Assembly: GCA_009921505.1 (NCBI GenBank)
Contig: RFXU01000001.1
Coordinates: forward strand, 1-39,475
Source of the DNA: Flavobacteriaceae bacterium
GTDB lineage: Bacteria > Bacteroidota > Bacteroidia > Flavobacteriales > Flavobacteriaceae
Direction: 5' to 3'
Length of the DNA: 39,475 bases
Shown: positions 29,143 through 36,985 of the stretch, piece after piece
Layout of the letters: each line of letters begins with the position of its first letter
How positions within the stretch are numbered: the first letter of the stretch is position 1
Notes under the pieces: model-generated
Seen by the model: only the letters and a program-made list of their open reading frames with translations
What the model was told of the DNA's origin: nothing
The model's database searches: none
Translations under genes and position numbers: made by a program

Positions 29143-29619
29143 TTAGTCGCGGGTAATTTGTATGATTTCAAAATTCATAACTCCGTTGGGGACTTGAATT
29201 GCAGCCATTTCACCAACTTTTTTACCCAATAAGCCCTTACCAATGGGTGAATCAACAGAAATTTTTCCCGACTTAAGATCAGCCTCGCTTTGGGCCACAA
29301 GCTTGTAGGTCATTTCCATATTGTTTGTGGTGTTTTTGATTTTCACCGTAGAATGCACCAAAACTTTTGAGGTATCCAGTTGAGATTCATCGATTAAACG
29401 GGCTCCTGCCAAAGTCTCTTCGAGCTTGGCAATACGCAATTCGAGCAAGCCTTGCGCTTCTTTGGCCGCATCGTACTCCGCATTCTCACTTAGATCGCCT
29501 TTATCGCGCGCATCGGCGATCGCCTGAGATGCCTTTGGTCGTTCCACATCACGCAATCGATCAAGTTCATCGCGCAATTTTTTTAATCCTTCTGCAGTGT
29601 AATAAGATACTTTACTCAT
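29143..29619 (-). CDS. greA: transcription elongation factor GreA
   Basis: It starts MSKVSYYTAEG and has GDLSENAEYDAAKE in the coiled-coil plus a C-terminal FKBP-like domain. I prefer the ATG at 29619 over the TTG at 29649 from the ORF track. Confidence 0.93.
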   Translation of the reverse strand: MSKVSYYTAEGLKKLRDELDRLRDVERPKASQAIADARDKGDLSENAEYDAAKEAQGLLELRIAKLEETLAGARLIDESQLDTSKVLVHSTVKIKNTTNNMEMTYKLVAQSEADLKSGKISVDSPIGKGLLGKKVGEMAAIQVPNGVMNFEIIQITRD

Positions 29620-29689
29620 AATCGACTTGTTTAAAAAAAATATCCCCAAACATTACGCCTTTTTTCGAAAGCCAGGTTGTGCTGTTGGG

Positions 29690-29719
29690 AATAAAAAGAT
29701 CCCATACGTGATGGGATCT
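29690..29719 (-). terminator. intrinsic-terminator-like hairpin plus U-tract upstream of greA
   Basis: The minus strand reads AGATCCCAT-cacgt-ATGGGATCT followed by TTTTATT. That is a perfect 9-bp stem followed by a T-run, about 75 nt 5' of the greA ATG. Confidence 0.45.
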
Positions 29720-29802
29720 CTTACAAAGATATAAAAATTTTATTCTGATAACTTTATCGTAAATTTCGCGTTGTACTCAAAAGTCGATTTTTAATCAAAT
29801 CC

Positions 29803-30249
29803 ATGAAAAAATTATTCCCATACCCCTCCCTTTTGATCGCTCTTATTTTTACGATGATGAGTTGCGGGGGTGAAGACGATACGCGGCTGATTAATAATCC
29901 TTATTTGAATCCGATTCCCGTCTCACTTAATTTAAATCTTAACTTACCCCAATACAACCTATTGAAATATCCGGGAAATTTTATCGTACTCAACAATCAA
30001 GGCGTCGGTGGTATCGTCGTCTATAATGTCAACAATAGTCTGTACACTGCCTTTGATTTAAGTGACCCAAACCACAGTCCTAATAACTGCTCTATTATGA
30101 CCCTTCAGGGCATTATCGCAACTTGCCCCTGTAGCGATGGCAACAGTTACGATCTAGTTACCGGACAGCACCAATCTGAAAGCCAGGCTTATCCCATGCT
30201 TCCTTATCGCGTACAGCGCAACGGTGACGTTTTGATAATTAGCAATTAA
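29803..30249 (+). CDS. lipoprotein with degenerate Rieske-like fold
   Basis: It has a lipobox (FTMMSCGG). The C-terminal half (VVYN...AFDLSDPNHSPNNC...CPCSDGNSYDLVTGQ...YRVQRNGDVLIIS) mimics the Rieske CxH...CxxH layout but lacks the His ligands. Confidence 0.55.
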   Translation: MKKLFPYPSLLIALIFTMMSCGGEDDTRLINNPYLNPIPVSLNLNLNLPQYNLLKYPGNFIVLNNQGVGGIVVYNVNNSLYTAFDLSDPNHSPNNCSIMTLQGIIATCPCSDGNSYDLVTGQHQSESQAYPMLPYRVQRNGDVLIISN

Positions 30250-32477
30250 AAACCAAGGGTAACTCCGGCCAAAATATTGAACAAGGCCTGAGGATAATAC
30301 CCCGTTCCTTCTATCGTAGTTATCGTATCGGGTATAGAAAAATCATCGTCATAAGTGTAGTAGTAACCATTGCTGCTGTACACCGCACTAAAGATATTGT
30401 TAGCCAACACCTGAACCGACATTGATTTTCCGATCAAGGGTTTGGGCAGTGCATAGGTAATGGTTGCGTCATGAACCGTATAGGCCGGTAACAGCGATAC
30501 TGCACTTTCGGTATTGCTCATAAACTGGTCCCCCACGTGACGCGTCGTCCAAGAAAAACGTGCGCCCTCAAAGGGGGTGTAGACTAGAGTACCACTTGCG
30601 ATCAAACTCGGTGCAAATGAAATATCGGTCGTTCCTAAATTTTGTAATTCACCATCAAACGTCGTGACAAAATCCAAATTTTTATTTTGACTCCAAGCCA
30701 CTGCCGACTGCAGGGCCCATTTTTTTGAAAGCTCCATCGAGCCCTCTAATTCCAACCCAGCTCGATAACTTTGGCCGCTGGTCGCTCGAATAGGCGCCCC
30801 ACTGTTATCAATGGCACCGGTAAGCACAAGTTGGTTTTGATAGTCCATATAATAGGCCACCACACTGTAGTTATAGGCTAGGCCTTTGGTCGATTGACCA
30901 TGGGCCCGCCAACCCAGTTCAAAATCATCCAAACGTTCTGGAGTAAAAACGCCCTGCTCAAAATCACTACGTCGGGGCTCTCTGTGCGAACGCCCAAAAG
31001 AAGCATAAAGCAATTGATCCTTACCAAAGTTTCTGGTCACCCCAAATTTTGGATTGAAAAATGCATATTCTTGGCGCACATTAAGTGGCACTAAATCAGA
31101 AGTGATTCCCGAGGTGCGGTAATTAATCCATCGCTCTTGTAGGTCTCCATAAATAGACCAATTTTTGTCCATGCGCCAGTTTACTTTGGAGAAAATGCTC
31201 GTTTCATTTTTATCTCCATTCCCGGAATAATAGCGTTGTCTTGGATTGGCCTCTGGGGCGTAGCGCGCCCAAATCAATTCTCCAAAATGATCTCCACCGT
31301 AATAACTTGTATAAATTCCTGAGGTCCATTCTATCTCAGGCCCCTGATAATTCAAGTGCGCATTTAGGGCGTAAAAATTATTGTTTAACCAACGTCGCCT
31401 TACTAAATCTGTGGCGCTAATGCTTTGACCGTCCACCACAACTGGATTCAAGCCATAAGTCGATAGATCGGCATCACTGCTAAAGAGAACCGATTGGCTA
31501 TACCAAGCATCAACATATTCTTCAAAAAATCCACGACCGTGGGTGTAGTTCAATGAGACTTGACTGTCCCAACGATTGGATAAATCTTGACTCCAAAGCA
31601 ATTGGACATGGTCTTGTTTGTAGTTATCTACTTGCTGATCGTAAAAACCCTCTAAGTTCCCCTGATCATCAAATTGGGCCCCCGCCGGATTAAAGCGACG
31701 ATTTACCTCCATTGTTGCCTGATCAATCCCATACCAAGACTGATAGGTGATCTCACGGCCGCCAAATCCGATAAGGCTAATTTTAGTGCGCTGGGATTCG
31801 TAATCGCCCTGAAGCCAATAAGCCGCTAAATCGCTCGAAGCGCGCTCAATATAACCATCACTGTCTATTTTAGACAAGCGGCCAGAAAATGAAAAGCCAT
31901 CCGAAAGTGGTCCAGAAGAAAATTTGAGATTGTGTCTTTGGGTGTTAAAGGACCCTCCACTGCTCTGAATTTGCAAGCTGGGCTCAGATTGCGCCTTAAA
32001 GGTGGATAAATTTAAACTCGCCCCGAAGGAGCCTGGTCCAAAGGTCGTACTCCCCACCCCGCGTTGAAGCTGCAGGTCTTGGACTGAAGAACCTAGATCG
32101 GGTAAATTGACCCAAAACACCCCCTGGCTTTCAGCATCATTATAGGGGATTCCATTGATACTCACATTCACACGAGTCGCATCGCTTCCGCGCACACGAA
32201 GCCCCGTATAGCCGATTCCCGCACCCGCGTCGCTTGTGGCAACGACCCCGGGCAAATTTTGAATTAAATAGGGTAAATCTTGCCCCAAGTTTAAGGGCGC
32301 CAAATCTTGGGCCGAAAGATTGGACTGAGTGATGGGGTCCTGAGCTTTGGCTTTAGTTGCTTTGAGCAGCACAGCGCCTAAGGTTTGGATTTGAGTTGAG
32401 TCTTGAAGTTGTGGCTCTTGAGCCAACAGGCTGCCGCAGAGACTCCCCACAGCAAAGGTTAAAAATAAAGGTTTCAT
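30246..32477 (-). CDS. TonB-dependent outer-membrane receptor (TPP-riboswitch controlled; probable thiamine/thiamine-precursor uptake)
   Basis: It has a signal peptide, a plug domain (LPGVVATSDAGAGIGYTGLRVRG), a 22-strand-barrel-sized body and a terminal aromatic residue (LGF). A TPP riboswitch sits in its 5' UTR. Confidence 0.92.
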   Translation of the reverse strand: MKPLFLTFAVGSLCGSLLAQEPQLQDSTQIQTLGAVLLKATKAKAQDPITQSNLSAQDLAPLNLGQDLPYLIQNLPGVVATSDAGAGIGYTGLRVRGSDATRVNVSINGIPYNDAESQGVFWVNLPDLGSSVQDLQLQRGVGSTTFGPGSFGASLNLSTFKAQSEPSLQIQSSGGSFNTQRHNLKFSSGPLSDGFSFSGRLSKIDSDGYIERASSDLAAYWLQGDYESQRTKISLIGFGGREITYQSWYGIDQATMEVNRRFNPAGAQFDDQGNLEGFYDQQVDNYKQDHVQLLWSQDLSNRWDSQVSLNYTHGRGFFEEYVDAWYSQSVLFSSDADLSTYGLNPVVVDGQSISATDLVRRRWLNNNFYALNAHLNYQGPEIEWTSGIYTSYYGGDHFGELIWARYAPEANPRQRYYSGNGDKNETSIFSKVNWRMDKNWSIYGDLQERWINYRTSGITSDLVPLNVRQEYAFFNPKFGVTRNFGKDQLLYASFGRSHREPRRSDFEQGVFTPERLDDFELGWRAHGQSTKGLAYNYSVVAYYMDYQNQLVLTGAIDNSGAPIRATSGQSYRAGLELEGSMELSKKWALQSAVAWSQNKNLDFVTTFDGELQNLGTTDISFAPSLIASGTLVYTPFEGARFSWTTRHVGDQFMSNTESAVSLLPAYTVHDATITYALPKPLIGKSMSVQVLANNIFSAVYSSNGYYYTYDDDFSIPDTITTIEGTGYYPQALFNILAGVTLGF

Positions 32478-32496
32478 TCGTAAAGAATTTACGAAT
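32476..32496 (-). promoter_or_regulatory. start-codon-sequestering hairpin (riboswitch expression platform)
   Basis: The minus strand reads ATTCGTAAA-ttc-TTTACGAAT followed by G. The stem is a perfect 9 bp, and its 3' arm contains the A and T of the receptor ATG (32475-32477). Confidence 0.45.
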
Positions 32497-32574
32497 AAAA
32501 GGGGCCATTATTCCGTGGTTATCAATTGATTTTGTCGATTTAACGACGCTGCGTTCAGAAATTGATTCTGGACA

Positions 32575-32665
32575 TGTTCCTAAACAGCATTACCTGTTCA
32601 AGGTTCTATGGGTATAATCTCAGCCGAACTTATTTAAAACAAAATGATCAGCACCCCTTTGAGAT
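32575..32665 (-). promoter_or_regulatory. TPP (thiamine pyrophosphate) riboswitch aptamer (THI-box)
   Basis: The minus strand reads GGGGTGC-[P3 hairpin GCTGATC..GTTCGGC]-CTGAGA-ttat-ACCC-atag-AACCTTGAACAGGTAATGCTGTTTAGGAA. This matches the conserved GGGGUGC / CUGAGA / ACCC / AACCUGAUCUGGAUAAUGCCAGCGUAGGGAA blocks in order and spacing. Confidence 0.85.
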
Positions 32666-32672
32666 GATGGTG

Positions 32673-32702
32673 CAAATTTAGACAAAGCCTCTAAGGGCAC
32701 AA
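32673..32702 (-). promoter_or_regulatory. candidate Bacteroidota sigma-A promoter for the riboswitch-receptor transcript
   Basis: The minus strand reads TTG-N19-TAAATTTG, matching the -33 TTG / -7 TAnnTTTG consensus. It ends about 10-15 nt upstream of the aptamer. Confidence 0.45.
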
Positions 32703-32785
32703 AAAATTACAGTGAAGAAATTATTGCCCTGCTTTTTATAAGGGCTGCAGCAGATAAATGAGAGGACCGCTATCGTGGCCTATTT

Positions 32786-34312
32786 CTAAATTAATGGCCT
32801 GTGTGCCTTGGCAAGCAAATCGTTTACAGTTTTTACCGGGTTAAAGGTTTCAAGGGGCACGGCTACAAAAACCGTGTGCCATTTTGCCATCGCCCCATTC
32901 CACAATCCAGGCAGCTCAAGGGCTTTGAGGGGCTTCCCTTGATGGGTTTTGTGGGCGATAAAACTCATGTGCTGATCACGATAATTCATCAAGTCGTACG
33001 GTTTGCCTTCATGATCCCGCAATCCACAAACTAAATCCACAGGATTAAAATGAGTGGCCTGAGAAAATACATCCATATGTCTTGAGTTGCCCTTATCAAA
33101 TTGGGCGCCTTCTAAAATCTGCAGATTCGGTATTTGATCCTCGTCCTGTATCCAAAACGGACCTCCTCCTGGGGCGCCGGTGTTGGCTACTACACCACAC
33201 ACTCGGAGCGGGCGATAGAGCAATTCATAAGCCTCCTCAGCTGTTTTAGGTAGCGTTCGTAGGCCAAAACTCTTCCAAAGAAAGGCATTTAAGGCTTCCA
33301 TAGAAACAGCTTCAGGTTTGGAGGACAAGGCCTTTAGATACTCGTGAATCTTGGACTGATAGTCCAGTAAAATTCCTGCAAGGCCTTTTTTGTAAAGCGC
33401 CATTTCCGGCACCTCCTCTTGGATAATTACATTGTCAATATTCTTAATAAACACGACATCAGCGTTGACCTCATTTAAATTTTCAAGCAGAGCGCCGTGT
33501 CCTGAGGGTCTGAATACAAGCCGCCCTTGATCATCACGAAAAGGGTTGTTCTCCAGATCCACCGCGATCGTTTTGGTCCGATCTTTTTGAAAGGAGTACG
33601 AAATATGATAATTCTTTTTGGTGTGTCGTTCTAACCGCGACTGTATCTGGGAAAATTCATTTTTAAATCCCTCTAAATGCTCGGGCGAAAACGTAAAATG
33701 GTTATAGACTTCATTCTTTGTTGCCGCGTAAAAAGCGCCCTCATAGAGTTGTTCTTCAAAAGCAGTGCGTATATTTTTTTTGTACCGGTGAAAGGGGATC
33801 AGTCCCTTGGGCAAACCCCCAAAATTCAATCCATGTTCTTGAACTAAAACAGAAACCATGGTATAGAAGCGTTTTTCTTTGGTCCAAGTTTTAAATTCAG
33901 GGTATAACTCACGAATCCGCTGACGAATAAGATCTATAAAAGGGAACTCTTTAAGATTGTTATAAAACTTAGCAATGGCTTGATTCTCGGGTAGAGTCAG
34001 ATAAGTATTTAGCCGATGTTTGTTTGGATCAAATGAATTTAAAAAATCAAAAAGAAAACCAAACATACGTGTTGCCGCCCCAGAGGCAGGAACAAATTTG
34101 ACCACCTCTAAGGCGTTTGATTGTTGTTCGAATTTACGCGCCCAATGACGCCACTGATCCATAGAACAATCAATAATTCCATCCCCAATAGTGGCCGGAC
34201 GCAAAATATCGAGTACAGGCACTCCTTGTTTAAATACCTGGATTTGGGCCATAACTTGGGCCTGGTCGATGCCTAACTCTTGAATATCCTCTATGTCACG
34301 ATGGTCAAACAT
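32786..34312 (-). CDS. DUF4301-like protein; putative nucleotidyltransferase (UDPGP-like motifs)
   Basis: It is 508 aa and carries the motifs VKFVPASGAATRMF, FRPSGHGALL and VFIKNIDNV. Its start overlaps the upstream kinase gene by 8 nt. Confidence 0.8.
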   Translation of the reverse strand: MFDHRDIEDIQELGIDQAQVMAQIQVFKQGVPVLDILRPATIGDGIIDCSMDQWRHWARKFEQQSNALEVVKFVPASGAATRMFGFLFDFLNSFDPNKHRLNTYLTLPENQAIAKFYNNLKEFPFIDLIRQRIRELYPEFKTWTKEKRFYTMVSVLVQEHGLNFGGLPKGLIPFHRYKKNIRTAFEEQLYEGAFYAATKNEVYNHFTFSPEHLEGFKNEFSQIQSRLERHTKKNYHISYSFQKDRTKTIAVDLENNPFRDDQGRLVFRPSGHGALLENLNEVNADVVFIKNIDNVIIQEEVPEMALYKKGLAGILLDYQSKIHEYLKALSSKPEAVSMEALNAFLWKSFGLRTLPKTAEEAYELLYRPLRVCGVVANTGAPGGGPFWIQDEDQIPNLQILEGAQFDKGNSRHMDVFSQATHFNPVDLVCGLRDHEGKPYDLMNYRDQHMSFIAHKTHQGKPLKALELPGLWNGAMAKWHTVFVAVPLETFNPVKTVNDLLAKAHRPLI

Positions 34313-34841
34313 GCAAATTGGGCCAGGTTTTATTAATGAATTGACAAGCCTGAATCACACGGTCTTGATGGGATCCTTCGATCACTTCATAACACGCCTT
34401 CTTTTGATCTAAATAGGTTTTAAAGATACTGAATAAGGTTTCGCGGGCCAAAGGTTGATCACGCAAGTCATCGGCCTCCCATGGGATGTCTGGCTTGGTC
34501 AATAAATAGATGACTTGGTTTTTTGACGGGCGCATAAATTGAGGGATTTGGCCCCAATTGGCGCCAAAATAATACTGAAAATACACCTCAAGTTGTTCTA
34601 TGTTGGTGTCCATAAATATGGGGTAATGTCCGGATGACGCCTGCTTTAATGCCCGCTGCTGTGCTTTAAATTGCCCGTCCAATAAGTGGGGGATGTCTTG
34701 GCGAGCAACCGTGCGCTTTTGCGTATCCCAAATGTCTTGGGCGTAGGTCCTTAAATACTCTGTCGCCAAAACCCCGTCATAACGCGTCACTAGAGCTGCT
34801 GCGAGGGTTGATTTACCACTACACTCAGGGCCAAAGAGCAC
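34305..34841 (-). CDS. P-loop kinase resembling the ribosylnicotinamide-kinase (RNK) domain of NadR, stand-alone
   Basis: It has a GTG start and a Walker A motif (GPECSGKST). The segments EYLRTY, IFMDTN and LLTKPDIPWEADDLR parallel the NadR C-terminal domain. No NMNAT domain is present. Confidence 0.8.
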   Translation of the reverse strand: MLFGPECSGKSTLAAALVTRYDGVLATEYLRTYAQDIWDTQKRTVARQDIPHLLDGQFKAQQRALKQASSGHYPIFMDTNIEQLEVYFQYYFGANWGQIPQFMRPSKNQVIYLLTKPDIPWEADDLRDQPLARETLFSIFKTYLDQKKACYEVIEGSHQDRVIQACQFINKTWPNLHV

Positions 34842-34919
34842 AATTTGCGGAGCAATTATTTGATCAATTGAGGCGATAAAAAAGAGTTATATGGAAATAA
34901 AACTATGATTTTGAGGCAA

Positions 34920-35540
34920 TTACTGAACTTTTAAAGATCTGCGCCATGCGCGTAAACCTTGAACCGCCAGCACGGTAAAGATAAGGTATTGCAACGAAAG
35001 CATTCCCATACCGCGATAGGCATAAAGCGGCACAGTGATCACATCGCCGATGATCCATAAGGTCCAGTTTTCTATTTTTTTATTGGCCATATACCACATT
35101 GCCGTGAAAAATATCCCAGAGGTTACCATATCGACATAACTGAACCACTGCATATCGTAATCAAACCCTTGGTACACGGCATAAGTGACTCCAACAGTGA
35201 TTAAAAAAAAGATAAGGCCTACCCAGCGCTCTTTAAAGTTAGTAGCACTGATTTCGTATACGGGTTGTTCTCCATTAAAACGCGTCCATTGATACCATCC
35301 GTAAAGACTCATGAGGCTGTAGTAAACATTCATCATCATGTCCCCATAGTACTGCGCCTGATACAACAAATACACGGTCAAAGCCGTCCCAATGAGTCCC
35401 GTGGGATAGACTAAAATATGGGCTCTCTTGGCGTACCAAACACTGAGTATTCCGCAAATAAAAGCAATGGCCTCAATCACTATTTGGGTTGCTCCTGCGG
35501 ATCGATAAGGACCAATAACAAATTCTATTAGGGTCTCCAT
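34920..35540 (-). CDS. pnuC: PnuC-family nicotinamide riboside (or related riboside vitamin) transporter
   Basis: It is 206 aa with 7 TM helices and W/Y-rich PnuC signatures (SLYGWYQW, KKIENWTLWIIGD). Its start overlaps the upstream gene's stop (TAATG). Confidence 0.85.
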   Translation of the reverse strand: METLIEFVIGPYRSAGATQIVIEAIAFICGILSVWYAKRAHILVYPTGLIGTALTVYLLYQAQYYGDMMMNVYYSLMSLYGWYQWTRFNGEQPVYEISATNFKERWVGLIFFLITVGVTYAVYQGFDYDMQWFSYVDMVTSGIFFTAMWYMANKKIENWTLWIIGDVITVPLYAYRGMGMLSLQYLIFTVLAVQGLRAWRRSLKVQ

Positions 35541-36286
35541 TAATTCTGGATTTTATTATTGGTTATAATTTCTTCGATAGCTGTGCCGATTACAACCATA
35601 TCGGCCCCCGCAGCCCAAGCGGACTCAATCTGCTGTGTTTCTCGCAGACCACCCCCAACGATTAAGGGCAGTTCTGTTTGTTTTTTAATCCTTGTGATCA
35701 CGGTTGCAGGAATCGGATTTTTGGCCCCACTCCCCGCCTCCAGATAAATGGATTTGGCCCCCATATATAATGCGGCCATGGCGCGATTTGCAATCTTATC
35801 AGGATCATTTAAGGACAAGGGAAGGGTCTTGGTTACTTTGGCCACAGCACTGTCCCGCCCGCCATCGATGAGCAAATAACCCGTAGCAATCGTAAATAAA
35901 TCTATGGCTTGAAGCTGCGCCGCCGCGCGTTCCTGTTGACGAATCAGATATTCAGGATTGTCTCCAGAAACAAGAGACAAAAATAACAGAGCATCCGCTG
36001 CTGGACTTATTTGCTCGGCGTCTCCAGGAAAAATCCAAATAGGCAGATTCACTAACCTTTTGATGGCCACAATCAAGTCATGAGTCACTCCCGGGGCTAC
36101 ACTGCTGCCTCCTACAAAAATGTGTGTGGTTGCATCGGGTAAATGACTTAACAATTTAGGGAGGACATCTTCCCCGCATTTATCCGGATCAATGAGCACG
36201 GCAAGTTGCTTCTTTCCCTTTCGTATGTCTGTCTTCCATCGATCTAAGGGGCTCAGAGGATCGCTAGAATTGCTGAATTCAGTCAT
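35540..36286 (-). CDS. geranylgeranylglyceryl / heptaprenylglyceryl phosphate synthase (PcrB/GGGPS family)
   Basis: It is a TIM-barrel protein with AVLIDPDK, IFVGGS, IYLEAGSGA and PLIVGGGLR, which are typical of GGGPS/PcrB. Confidence 0.85.
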   Translation of the reverse strand: MTEFSNSSDPLSPLDRWKTDIRKGKKQLAVLIDPDKCGEDVLPKLLSHLPDATTHIFVGGSSVAPGVTHDLIVAIKRLVNLPIWIFPGDAEQISPAADALLFLSLVSGDNPEYLIRQQERAAAQLQAIDLFTIATGYLLIDGGRDSAVAKVTKTLPLSLNDPDKIANRAMAALYMGAKSIYLEAGSGAKNPIPATVITRIKKQTELPLIVGGGLRETQQIESAWAAGADMVVIGTAIEEIITNNKIQN

Positions 36287-36307
36287 TGATTGATTGGGTT
36301 TTTCATC

Positions 36308-36985
36308 TCAATTATCAGGAGCTAAGTCTTTAGTCATCCCGCAAACATATTCATCGGTGATGAACCCTTTATATATAAAATGACGTTCTTGACCTTTTGT
36401 TATTTTTCCTTTGGCCTGCACCACGGGGCTCATTTCTGAGGGGAGGCCTGTCGGCACCTGCCCCTCTGGGCGCCATTGACTGAGTTCAATATCCCTTAGA
36501 AAACCCAAACCTGGCGTCGCTGCCATTTTGTAGATACTTTCTTTGGCCGTCCAAACATAGGTGTATTGATTTACCGTTTCAGGGGTGATTGCTCTGAGTT
36601 TAGGGCTTATCCCTGGACAAAACTTATGCGCAATACGCAAAATTTTTGGGCGTCGTAATTCGATGTCTATCCCGACGGGATAGGGGGATACAATAATGGC
36701 TGAGCGCTGATGAGAATGCGATATTGAAATATATTGCCCGGTATGCAGATAAGGTTTCCCGAAGGCATCGTAATACAGATCCTTATCCGTTAGATTGGCA
36801 CAATGGAGCAAGGCGCGTATACTGAGAAACCCCTTGCGATGCACCTGACTTTTCATAGCATCAAACCGCACTTTACTCTGATGGGTCATGGTCCCCAGGG
36901 CCAACAATTGGTCCAATGTTTCTGAGATATCCCAAAGGTAAACAGTGGCCTCAGGCCATGGGTTAATCGTTCTTAAAAGTGGCAT
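36308..36985 (-). CDS. 4'-phosphopantetheinyl transferase (Sfp-type) superfamily protein
   Basis: It shows FGKPYL, ISISHS, VGIDIE and WTAKESIYK. Confidence 0.8.
   Translation of the reverse strand: MPLLRTINPWPEATVYLWDISETLDQLLALGTMTHQSKVRFDAMKSQVHRKGFLSIRALLHCANLTDKDLYYDAFGKPYLHTGQYISISHSHQRSAIIVSPYPVGIDIELRRPKILRIAHKFCPGISPKLRAITPETVNQYTYVWTAKESIYKMAATPGLGFLRDIELSQWRPEGQVPTGLPSEMSPVVQAKGKITKGQERHFIYKGFITDEYVCGMTKDLAPDN

Noticed and set aside
32396-32617. 73-aa plus-strand ORF spanning the receptor start and the leader
   Set aside because: It is antisense to the receptor signal peptide and to the TPP riboswitch. The region is fully explained by those features.
34920-35540. Idea that this PnuC homologue is the TPP-regulated thiamine transporter PnuT
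   Set aside because: The riboswitch lies downstream of the pnuC-kinase-DUF4301 genes and points away from them, so it cannot control them. The adjacent kinase resembles the NadR RNK domain rather than a thiamine pyrophosphokinase. A thiamine-related role is not formally excluded and is mentioned as an alternative in the findings.
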